Source of the DNA: Eledone cirrhosa
Taxonomy: Eukaryota
Direction: 5' to 3'
DNA length: 64,000 nt
Assembly (NCBI GenBank): GCA_964016885.1
Contig: OZ024740.1
Location: 109,926,001 to 109,990,000, forward strand
Positions within the stretch are counted from its first letter, which is position 1. Each line of letters opens with the position of its first letter. A program made the position numbers and the translations under genes. The notes under the pieces were generated by a model. It was given only the letters and a program-made list of their open reading frames with translations, made no database searches and was not told the DNA's origin. Positions 52,315-64,000 of the stretch are shown piece by piece.

Positions 52315-55300
52315 ATGGAAAGTTATATTTAAATTGTTGGGTTACAACTAGTAAATATTAATAACTGATATAAAAGCACTCGACAAGTATTTGGAGTATA
52401 TTTACGATATTAAATAAATGGAAACTATATTTATAAAACCATATTTATTTCGTTATATATATTTCAGGGATATCATATTAACAATATGCTATGCCTTCCT
52501 CAGACAAAATACAATATAAACAGTTTTATAGATAAATAGATTTGACATACCGTACAACATCGACTTGTATTTGAAAAGTTGAATTGGCAGTGAAAAAATT
52601 GTAGACAGAAAGAAAGAAAGAGAGAAAAAAGGAAAGAAAAACAGAAAACGAAGAAAAAGAAGAAAAAGAAGAAATGCATGGAACAAAATAGAGAGATGGA
52701 AAGATAGATAAAGAGAAGAACTTCATGTAAAGAAACAGAGAGAGATATATATAGAGAGAGGGAATAGATAGAGATAGATATATATATAGAAAATATGTAG
52801 TTGGACATCCATTGAATAAACGTATCAATGATACATTTATTTATTTATTTAATTATTTATTTAGCTCTAGTATTAATGTAAGGGAGATATATGTGGTTAG
52901 GAGAGAAACCAGCTGTTATATATAGAGAAAAATGAAAAGTCACCAGACATAGGCGAGGCATAAAAACCCTATGTTTTAATGTAGAAGTATTAATATGTAT
53001 AAAAAATATGTATAAAAACCAGGCACTATATTGAAAATATCAGTATTCCTGAATGAGACACGTATCCATAATGTGTGAAAAGTAATGATCTTATGTTTAG
53101 TTTTAAAAAATTCATATGTTTATATGATAACTACAAACATCGATGTGAATTTACATGATCAACTCTGCAAACCTTAAGTTCACACGAAAACATTCTCATT
53201 GTGCTATAAAAATTTAAGTATACACATATGTGTATATATATACACACATATATATAGTGTCTATATTGCTACTATTCTTGCCTTTACTCTACAAGATTAT
53301 CTATCAAGCAGAAATAGAGAGCAGACTTCAATATATTAATAAAAAATAAAAAATATATCAGAAACAAAAACCAAAAAACAACAATAATAATAATAATAAT
53401 AATAAATAAATAATAATAAAATAGAAAACTAAAAAAGTATTACGAAAAAAATATTACATATTAAAAATATTACATATTAAGAATAAAAATATTAGAAAAT
53501 ACTACAATAATAAAAATAAACCACAAAGATCAACCCTTCAAAATTAATTGACAATATATTGCCAAGTTCATTATAAGCATCAGAGTCGAAAACAGATAAA
53601 GCTAAAAATTATTTATCAAATCGCATCTAGCAAAAATCCTTTCAAAAAGTTTAGGATGCCCATTTGGTCTACATGTGTTCTTATATTTAATATAGAAGTT
53701 TATCTAGTGTAACGTTTATTCGAAATATTTGGAGCATCAACTTTTAGGGTAGTTTAATTTTCCATGAAGAATGTTTAAATAAAAATAAAAATAAAAAAAA
53801 GAATAAAAAGAAGAAATCGAAAGATTTATCGGCTAGTTTCCCAAATAATTATAAATCAAACTAAATATACTACATTTTAAATTTAAATTTATATTTAAAA
53901 GTTGAGTTTAATCTATGTTTGCAGCAACTGAATAAATTTGTCCGTAGATTAAGGGAATTTTTAGATTTTAGTATAAAGAATATCTCCTCTGCGCAGAGGT
54001 CACATGTCTCAGAGGATGAATTAAAAGGAATCCCTCTTGAGATTATATTCCAAGCCGTCGAATATCTAACGTTATCTAGCTTAAGTTGCCAGAGTACACC
54101 TGATAGTGCCGTTGAAGATTTTTTTGCTTGGATCTGTGAAAGAATTCTTGTGGTTATTATAGCGAAGTTTAAATTCCGTCGATGTGGAACCGACGTAGTT
54201 AAAAGAATTAGAATCAGTTTTAACATTACAATTGTATACTATATTTTTAACTAAGCAGTTGTTATTTAACGGACAATTAGATCTATCTCTACAGTTACAT
54301 TTGTTAACTTGTATATTATTTATGCTATTATCACTAGGTTTTAAGTTCCTATTATTTATTCTATTAATATTTTGTGCTAAATTTTTGGTGGATGAGTAGG
54401 TTAATTTTATAGTATGTCTATTGAAAATTGAGTGATACCTATGTGTTCTAGGGAAGCGATTATCAAGAGCTTTAAAAATAGTTTAGCGATGTGGGTTTTA
54501 ATGTTTAGTGAGAAAGGGGGGGCAAACCAAATTATGTTCCTAGTTCTATTTCTTTTTTGGCCCTTGGAATTATTGTAATGCTTTCTATTATAGTTGTTAA
54601 GGTTGTTGCCGTAATTAAAATAGTTGTTATTTTGTTTAGTTTGTCTATCATTATCTATGTACATAATCTTATCAGTATATCCTGCTCTAGCTAACGCTTC
54701 ATTGTAGTACTGGGCTTTTTCGTCGAAAATCTTTCTATTAGACGAGATTCTAGAGATACGTTTTTGAACAGAGTTTACTATAGTGTTTTTGACAGATCTG
54801 GGGTGGTTAGAGTTAAAGCTGACATAGTTTAAGTTTTCATTCAACTTGTGAAAAGGATAGTGAAGACATGTGTTGAGATTTAATGTTATATCTAGGAAAT
54901 TGACTATTCTATGGTTGTTCTCAATTTCTATTTTAAGATTAAAGTAATTAAAAAATTGTGTAATTTGTTTACGTTTTCTATTTAGTTCAGAGTTATTATT
55001 ATCAATAAGTAAAAGCATGTCATCTCTATATAAACCTCCGGTAGTACCAGGTATTTTCCTATGTAGCGAATTGATTAAAAATAAGCCCACAAGGTCAGTT
55101 ACCTGAGCTGAGTCGGATGATCCCATAGTAATGTCAAAATTGCTATCTCTATCTGCTCTGGTCCATAGTTGGTCATTAAATTCTATCAATGTTTTCCTAG
55201 CCGATAATATAATATGCATTTCATTGCTAGTTAGGTCTGTATGTTTGAATGCGTAATTTAGTGCCTTATTTAGTAGATTAGGGGTAATAGAAGAATAATA

Positions 55301-56860
55301 GTTAGCAATATCAAGTTGAATAAACTTATTATTATTGTTATATTTAATTTGCTTAAACCACTCAACAACCTCTCCAGTTCCCTTCCACAAGCTCAGGTTA
55401 GATAAACAATCCAAGTTCTTAATTTGCTGTATCACCCTGTCAAGAATGTTTTTGCTTAATTTGCCCAGGTCCGATTTTGATGGTGCGATCAATCTAACTG
55501 GCAAGTCATTTTCAAAATTCCTCTTGTGATCTTTCATATTGATCTTCGGTTTCCTGGGCACGAAAGGTTGTGTTCTGTTCTCAATTTCCAACTCGTGCAT
55601 TATACAATATGCGTCGACATTCATTTTCTCAAGCTCGGCCTTATCTGCCACCTTGTACGTTTTCCTCAGTTCCTTCAGTATGAGGCCATTATACATGTCT
55701 TTCTGCACTCCATAGAGGTTGTTGGTCTTGTCAGATTTCACCAAGATCTTCTCAGTTTTCTCTAAGCTCTCAATATTATCCTTAATGGCTTTCAGATATT
55801 CCTGGCCTTTGAAGTTTCTCTTGAATTTGACCCCTTATATGATAGAAATTATATCGTTTTCAAAGTCAGATAAAAGTTTGTTAGGGGGTGGATTTCTTTT
55901 AGATTTGAAAACTTTGTTTAAGTCCGAGACATTTTCATTTATATTAGATTTATCAAAGTGGAATGCTCGCCACCTGATTCTCCTTATAAAAGAGTCAGAT
56001 TTATCTATTAATTGTTTTATAAAGTCTTTGTTTCTAGGTAGAGGTATGTCTTTTAAAGAGGAAGTAATCTTAAAGAATTCCATTTTTTCAGTTATAGTAT
56101 AAAACGCTCAACAGTATTGGAGCAAGATACATGGAAAGTTATATTTAAATTGTTAGGTTACAACTAGTAAATATTAATAACTGATATAAAAGCACTCGAC
56201 AAGTATTTGGAGTATATTTACGATATTAAATAAATGGAAACTATATTTATAAAACCATATTTATTTCGTTATATATATTTCAGGGATATCATATTAACAA
56301 TATGCTATGCCTTCCTCAGACAAAATACAATATAAACAGTTTTATAGATAAATAGATTTGACATACCGTACAACATCGACTTGTATTTGAAAAGTTGAAT
56401 TGGCAGTGAAAAAATTGTAGACAGAAAGAAAGAAAGAGAGAAAAAAGGAAAGAAAAACAGAAAACGAAGAAAAAGAAGAAATGCATGGAACAAAATAGAG
56501 AGATGGAAAGATAGATAAAGAGAAGAACTTCATGTAAAGAAACAGAGAGAGATATATATATAGAGAGAGGGAATAGATAGAGATAGATATATATATAGAA
56601 AATATGTAGTTGGACATCCGTTGAGTAAACGTATCAATGATACATTTATTTATTTATTTAATTATTTATTTAGCTCTAGTATTAATGTAAGGGAGATATA
56701 TGTGGTTAGGAGAGAAACCAGCTGTTATATATAGAGAAAAATGAAAAGTCACCAGACATAGGCGAGGCATAAAAACCCTATATTTAATGTAGAAGTATTA
56801 ATATGTATAAAAAATATGTATAAAAACCAGGCACTATATTGAAAATATCAGTATTCCTGA
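52315..56860 (-). mobile_element. Near full-length Penelope-like element with direct pseudo-LTRs (Hydra-clade-like)
   Basis: 52315-53051 is repeated at 56131-56860 with the ORF between them. Inserted in a TA tract. Confidence 0.92.
53870..56083 (-). pseudogene. PLE RT + GIY-YIG ORF with one stop (55835-55837) and two frameshifts (~54465, ~54120)
   Basis: SLKDIP..RIRWRA, KSDKT, LDIANYY, ITMGS, LYRDD, VNFLD, CNC..CPL, NIVY...YVG, CDLC..E, LN.R....CCKH. Confidence 0.9.
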
Positions 56861-58914
56861 TTTTTTAAAGCTCTTGATAATCGCTTCCCTAGAACACATA
56901 GGTATCACTCAATTTTCAATAGACATACTATAAAATTAACCTACTCATCCACCAAAAATTTAGCACAAAATATTAATAGAATAAATAATAGGAACTTAAA
57001 ACCTAGTGATAATAGCATAAATAATATACAAGTTAACAAATGTAACTGTAGAGATAGATCTAATTGTCCGTTAAATAACAACTGCTTAGTTAAAAATATA
57101 GTATACAATTGTAATGTTAAAACTGATTCTAATTCTTTTAACTACGTCGGTTCCACATCGACGGAATTTAAACTTCGCTATAATAACCACAAGAATTCTT
57201 TCACAGATCCAAGCAAAAAAATCTTCAACGGCACTATCAGGTGTACTCTGGCAACTTAAGCTAGATAACGTTAGATATTCGACGGCTTGGAATATAATCT
57301 CAAGAGGGATTCCTTTTAATTCATCCTCTGAGACATGTGACCTCTGCGCAGAGGAGATATTCTTTATACTAAAATCTAAAAATTCCCTTAATCTACGGAC
57401 AAATTTATTCAGTTGCTGCAAACATAGATTAAACTCAACTTTTAAATATAAATTTAAATTTAAAATGTAGTATATTTAGTTTGATTTATAATTATTTGGG
57501 AAACTAGCCGATAAATCTTTCGATTTCTTCTTTTTATTCTTTTTTTTATTTTTATTTTTATTTAAACATTCTTCATGGAAAATTAAACTACCCTAAAAGT
57601 TGATGCTCCAAATATTTCGAATAAACGTTACACTAGATAAACTTCTATATTAAATATAAGAACACATGTAGACCAAATGGGCATCCTAAACTTTTTGAAA
57701 GGATTTTTGCTAGATGCGATTTGATAAATAATTTTTAGCTTTATCTGTTTTCGACTCTGATGCTTATAATGAACTTGGCAATATATTGTCAATTAATTTT
57801 GAAGGGTTGATCTTTGTGGTTTATTTTTATTATTGTAGTATTTTCTAATATTTTTATTTTTACTTTTAATATGTAATATTTTTAATATGTAATATTTTTT
57901 TCGTAATACTTTTTTAGTTTTCTATTTTATTATTATTTATTTATTATTATTATTATTATTATTGTTGTTTTTTGGTTTTTGTTTCTGATATATTTTTTAT
58001 TAATATATTGAAGTCTGCTCTCTATTTCTGCTTGATAGATAATCTTGTAGAGTAAAGGCAAGAATAGTAGTAATATAGACTCTATATATATGTGTGTATA
58101 TATATACACATATGTATATACTTAAATTTTTATAGCACAATGAGAATGTTTTCGTGTGAACTTAGGGTTTGCAGAGTTGATCATGTAAATTCACATCGAT
58201 GTTTGTAGTTATCATATAAACATATGAATTTTTTAAAACTAAACATAAGATCATTACTTTTCACACATTATGGATACGTGTCTCATTCAGGAATACTGAT
58301 ATTTTCAATATAGTGCCTGGTTTTTATACATATTTATACTTCTACATTAAAACATAGGGTTTTTATGCCTCGCCTATGTCTGGTGACTTTTCATTTTTCT
58401 CTCTATATAACAGCTGGTTTCTCTCCTAACCACATATATCTCCCTTACATTAATACTAGAGCTAAATAAATAATTAAATAAATAAATAAATGTATCATTG
58501 ATACGTTTACTCAACGGATGTCCAACTACATATTTTCTATATATATATCTATCTCTATCTATTCCCTCTCTCTATATATATCTCTCTCTGTTTCTTTACA
58601 TGAAGTTCTTCTCTTTATCTATCTTTCCATCTCTCTATTTTGTTCCATGCATTTCTTCTTTTTCTTCGTTTTCTGTTTTTCTTTCCTTTTTTCTCTCTTT
58701 CTTTCTTTCTGTCTACAATTTTTTCACTGCCAATTCAACTTTTCAAATACAAGTCGATGTTGTACGGTATGTCAAATCTATTTATCTATAAAACTGTTTA
58801 TATTGTATTTTGTCTGAGGAAGGCATAGCATATTGTTAATATGATATCCCTGAAATATATATAACGAAATAAATATGGTTTTATAAATATAGTTTCCATT
58901 TATTTAATATCGTA
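56861..58914 (+). mobile_element. Inverted 3' partial copy of the same PLE
   Basis: Reverse complement of ~52402-54478. Confidence 0.93.
58809..58868 (+). ncRNA. Type I hammerhead ribozyme motif of the PLE pseudo-LTR (also minus strand at 52449-52508 and 56265-56324)
   Basis: UUUGU-CUGAGGA-AGG...CCU-GAAA-UAUAUA-UA-ACGAA, with an extended stem II hairpin CAUAUU/AAUAUG. Confidence 0.82.
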
Positions 58915-58947
58915 TATATATCTCTCTCTCTATATATATATATATAT

Positions 58948-60303
58948 AGCAGCTACAGGAGAAGTACCTAGCTAAATTTAAGCCGCTCTACCTGGCATTT
59001 GTTGATCGGGAGAAAGCTTTTGACAGAGTCCTCCATGCCATAATCTAGTGGGCTCATAGAAAACTATGAGTAGATGAGTGGCTTGTGAAGGCTGTGCAAG
59101 CCATGTATAGGGGAGTAGTCAGCAAAGTTAGGATTAACAACGAATATAGCGAGGAATTTAGTGTGCAGGTTGGCTTCCACCAAGGCTCTGTTCTTAGCCC
59201 TCATCTGTTTATTATTGTACTACAGGCTACAACAGAGGTGTTTCAGATTGGCTGCCCCTGCAAACTCCTGAGTCTATGGTGGAACTAGAGAAGAAATTCC
59301 AAACTTGGAAGCATGGCCGAGAAACAAAGGCTCTTAAAGTCAACCTGACAAAGACTAAGGTCCTAGTAAGTAGAAGAGAAAACAGAGCCATGATAACTGC
59401 GGGGAAAGGGCCTTGCTCAGTATGTAGGTAGAAATTCCATCCTCTGTCTCAAATGCAAATTATGGGTATACAAGAGATATAGTGGAATCTCAGGTAGTTT
59501 AGCTAAAAATGTAGATTTTACATGTAGTAATTGCACCAAAACAGTAAGCAGCAAACGACCACAGGAAAGAAGCGCTATTAAATTCTGGGAAGGTTTGGTA
59601 GAAGCAGTAGACAGCTTCTGCTACCTGGACAGCTGTATAAAAAGGTGCAGAGCAGTCAAAGTTGATGGAAGCCATGGAGTGAGGAGGAGACCCAGGAAGA
59701 TTTTGGATGAGGTGATAAAAGCTGATCTTGCTCAATTGCACCTCTCAAAGATGATGACACTGGACTGAGATATCTGGTGCTATGCAGTAATACAGAAGAC
59801 CCACCTACTTATGGGCACAGGCTGAAACTGGAGCATAGATATAGTATGCACAAGCCTAACCTCCATCTCACCTCACTCTTCCATACACCTTCCATGAGAA
59901 CAGGCTGAAGCATACATGTAGTGAAGCCTCCATCCTACATTGTAAAGTGGTTGTGAAGGCGAGGTGACAAAAAGCACCTAGCCCACACTGTAAAGTGGAC
60001 CTGATGGTGACACAACAAAATGCGCCCAGCCCACACTGTAAAGTGGTCATGATGGCAACACGACAAAAAGCACCTAGCCCACACTGTAAAGGGGTTGTGA
60101 TGGTAACACAACAAAAAGCACCTAGCCCATACTGTAAAGTGACCATGTAGGTGAAGCACCAAGCACTCATAGTAAATGATGTAGAAACCAAGCCAAAATT
60201 AGTTCTGTATGAGCAAGACGTGTCATTTATCAGGACAGGACAAATCATGTAACCTATGGTAGCACGAAAAAAAAGGACATTAAACGGGGATGATGATGAT
60301 GAT
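58948..60303 (+). mobile_element. Degenerate, internally deleted RTE copy with 48-bp UTR repeats
   Basis: RT remnant 59085..59288, 48-bp units at ~59935-60175, (GAT)n tail. Confidence 0.85.
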
Positions 60304-60308
60304 ATAGA

Positions 60309-63300
60309 TCTATAGTTGTGCTAGAAATAGCAGCTAAATTGGGGGACCTAATGCTGGTCCATAGGTGTGCTAGAAAAAGCAGCTTCATCTGCTAAACAGG
60401 GGGAACCTCATGGTCTAAAGGTGTGCTAGAAATAGCAGCTAAATAGGGGGAACATCATGGCAGTTCATAGGTGTACTAGAAATAGCAGTGTCATCTGCTA
60501 AGCAGGCACAATCTCATGGTGATCCATAGGTGTGCTAGAAATAGCAACTAAAAAAAGGGGGAACCTCATGGTGGGACATAGTTGTACAGGAAATAGCAGC
60601 TAAATGATGGACCATAGGTGTGCTAGAATTTGAACCTACATAAGATAGACAGGGGGGACCACATAGTGGTCCACAGGTGTGCTAGAAATAGCAGCTAAAA
60701 AGAGGTTAAAACCTCATGGTGGGTCATAGGTGTACTAGAAATAGCAGTTAAATTGGAGGAACCTCATGATTGACCATATGTGTGCTAGAAATTGCACTTA
60801 GATCAGGTAAACAGGAGGAAGAACATGGTGGTTCATAGGTGTGCTAGAAATAACAGTTAACTAGATGGAACCAGATGGTGGGAAAAAGGTTTACTAGAAA
60901 CATCAGCTAAATAGGGGCACATCATGGTGGTCCGTAGGTGTGTTAGAAATAGAAGCTATTCAGCTAAACAGGAAAACCTCATGGTGGTCCATAGATGTGC
61001 TAGAATTAACAGCAAAATAGGGGAACCTCATGGTGGTTGATAGGTTTGCTGGAAACAACAGCTAAACTGGTGGAACATTATAGTGGATCAGCTAAACAGG
61101 GGAACCTCATGGTGGTCAGTAGGTTTGCTAGAAATTGCAGCTAAAAAGGGGAAACACCATTGTGGTCCATAGGTGTGCTAGAAATAGCAGCTAAATTGGA
61201 GGGAAAACCATGGTGGTCCATAGGTGTGCTAGAAATAGCAGCTACATCAGCTAAACAGGGGAACCTCATGGTGGTCATAGTTGTGCTAGAAATACCAGCT
61301 AAATAGGGGAAGCCTCATGGTATTTCATAAGTGTGCTAGAAATATCAGCTAAATATGGGGAACCTCATGGTGGTCCATGGCTGTGCTCGAAGAAGCAGCT
61401 AAATTGGTGGCCCTCATGGTCAAAAGCTGTTCTAAAAATATCACATAATTAAGGGGAACCTCATAGGTATACTCAAAGCAGCAGCTAAATTGAGGGAACT
61501 TCATGATGGATCATAGGTGTGCTACAAATTGCACCTACATCACGTAAACAGGGGGACCACATGGTGGTCCATAGGTGTGCTAGAATTAGCAGCTAAATCA
61601 GGGAACCTCATGGTGGGTAATAGGTGTACCTGAAATGGCAGGTATATTGGGGGACCCTCATAATGGACCATATGTATGCTAGGTAAACATGCTTCAGGTA
61701 AAAAGGGGGAGCCACATGGTGGTATATGTGTCCTAGAAATAACAACTAACTAGATGGAATCTCATAGTGGTGAATAGGTTTGCTAGAAATAGCAGCTAAA
61801 TAAGGCGAACTTGATAGTAGTCCATAGTTGTGCTAGAAATAGCAACTACATCGGCGAAAAAGGGGGAAACTCAGTGATCCATACTTGTGCTAGATATAGC
61901 AGCTAAATAGGGGGAACCTCAAAATGGATCACAGGGGTACTAGAAATAGCAGCTAAATAGGGGGAAGCTCATTATGGACTGTAGGTGTGCTAGAAATAGC
62001 AGCTAGATCAGGTGCTAGAAATAGCAGCAAAATAGGGGGAACCACATGGTGGTCCATAGGTGTGCTAGAAATAGCAGCTTCATCAGCAAATCAGAGGAAA
62101 CCCATGGTGGTCCATAGGTGTGCTAGAAATAGTAGCTAATTAGGGGGAACCTCTGGGTGTGCAAAGGTGAGCTAGAAATAGCAGCTTAATAGAGGGAACC
62201 TCATGGTTGTCCATAGATGTGCTAGAAATAGCAGCTAAATAGAGGAACCTCATGGTGGTCCATAGCTGTGCTAGAAATAGCAGCTAAATAGGTGGAACCT
62301 CATGGTGGTCCATAGTAGTGCTTGAAATAGCCTGCTAAATAGGGGGAACCTCATGGTGGTCCATAGTGGTGCTAGAAATAGCAACTAAATAGGGGAACCT
62401 CATGGTGGTCCATAGCTGTGCTAGAAATAGCGGCTAAATAGGTTGAACCTCTTTGTGGTCGATAGGTGTGCTACAAATAGCAGCTAAAATGGGGGACCTG
62501 ATGGTTGTTTACAAATATGCTAGAAATAGCAGCTACATCGGTTAAACAGGGGAAACCTCACGGTAGTCCATAGAGTGCTAGAAATAGCAGCTAAATATGA
62601 GGACCTCATGGTAGTCAATAGTTGTGCTAGAAATAGCAGCTAAATAGGGTCCATAGTGTCCAAAAGTGTGCTAGAAATAGCAGCTTCATCAGCTAATCAG
62701 AAGAAACTCATGGTGGTCCATAGGTGTGCTAGAAATAGCAGCTAATTAAGAGGAACCTCTGGGTGTCCAAAGGTGAGCTAGAAATAGCAACTAAATTGGG
62801 GGGAAACCATAGTGGTCCATAGGTGTGCAAGAAATAGCAGCTAAATAGGGGGAACCTCACACTGGTGCAAAATTGTGCTAGAAATAGCAGCTAAATAGGG
62901 GGAACCACATGGTGGTCCACAAGTGTTCTAGAAATAGCAGCTAAATAGGGAGAAGTTTTAGGTGGTCCAGAGTTGAGCTAGAAATAGCAGCTAAATTGGG
63001 GAACCTCAAGGTGGTCCATAGGTGTGCTAGAAATAGCTGCTATATCAGCTAAAAAGAGGAACCGCATGATGGTCCATGGGTGTGCTAGAAATAGCAGCTT
63101 AATAGAGGGAACCTCATGGTTGTCCATAGATGTGCTAGAAATAGCAGCTAAATATGGGAACCTCATGGTGGTCCATAGCTGTTCTAGAAATAGCAGCTAA
63201 ATAGGTGGAACCTCATGGTGGCCCATAGGAGTACTGGAAATAGCAGCTAAATAGGGGGAACCTCATGGTGGTCCATAGTGGTGCTAGAAATAACAACTAA

Positions 63301-64000
63301 ATAGAGGAACCTCATGGTGGTCCATAGCTGTGCTAGAAATAGCAGCTAAATAGGTTGAACCTCTTTGTGGTCGATAGGTGTGCTACAAATAGCAGCTAAA
63401 ATGGGGGACCTCATAGTGGTTTACAAGTATGCTAGCAATAGCAGCTACATCGGTTAAACAGGGGAACCTCACGGTGGTCCATAGAAGTGCTAGAAATAGC
63501 AGCTAAATATGAGGACTCGTGGTGGTCAATAGTTGTGCTAGAAATAGCAGCTAAATAGGGGTCCATAGTGTCCCAAAGTGTGCTAGAAATAGCAGCTTCA
63601 TCAGCTAATCAGAGGAAACTCATGGTGGTCCATAGGTGTGCTAGAAATAGCAGCTGAAGGGAACCTCATGATGGTCAATAGTTGTGTTAGGGGAAGTCAT
63701 GGTTGTCAGTCGGTTTGCTAGAGATAGCAGCTAAATAGGGGAACCCCCATGGTGGTCCATAGTGTCCAAAAGTGTGCTAGAAATAGCTGCTACATCAGCT
63801 AAAAAGGGGAACCTCATGGTGGTCCATAGGTGTGCTAGAAATAGCTGCTAAATAGAGGGAACCTCATGGTGGTCCATAGTTGTGCTAGAAACAGCTCCTA
63901 AATAGGAGGAACTTCATGGTGACCATAGGTGTTAGAAATAGTAACTAAATTTGGGCAACCTTATGGTGGTCCATAGGTGTTCTTGATATAGCAGCTAGAT
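60309..64000. repeat. Satellite array, ~50-bp monomer with ~60-bp variants, running off the window
   Basis: Consensus GTCCATAGGTGTGCTAGAAATAGCAGCTAAATAGGGGGAACCTCATGGTG; variants insert CATCAGCTA. Confidence 0.97.

Noticed and set aside
60309-64000. CRISPR-like appearance (conserved core with variable intervening sequence)
   Set aside because: Intervening sequences are homologous to each other, there are no cas genes, and the context is eukaryotic. This is a satellite.

Overview
AT-rich, microsatellite-dense eukaryotic DNA. The SINE/LINE repertoire resembles a cephalopod (Octopus-like) genome, which is an inference. The window is almost entirely repetitive: several RTE-clade LINE copies carrying a PHD-type C4HC3 finger inside the RT, a GC-rich RTE/RTE-X-like LINE, two types of Penelope-like elements (PLEs) with GIY-YIG endonuclease, DD37D (maT-type) mariner derivatives, two tRNA-derived SINE families, MITEs, minisatellites and a terminal ~50-bp satellite. 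The only host coding sequence I can support is one 157-bp spliced exon (19734-19890, minus) of a selenoprotein J / J1-crystallin (ADP-ribosylglycohydrolase-like) gene. The most striking unexplained structure is a dense set (about a dozen) of short fold-back elements inserted in (TA)n tracts. Many carry minimal hammerhead-ribozyme cores and share a YGAGTRC motif near their 3' ends. In two places such inverted repeats bracket kilobase-size retroelement cargo. Most ORFs in the supplied track are microsatellite or antisense artefacts. Repeat boundaries were placed by eye and are approximate.
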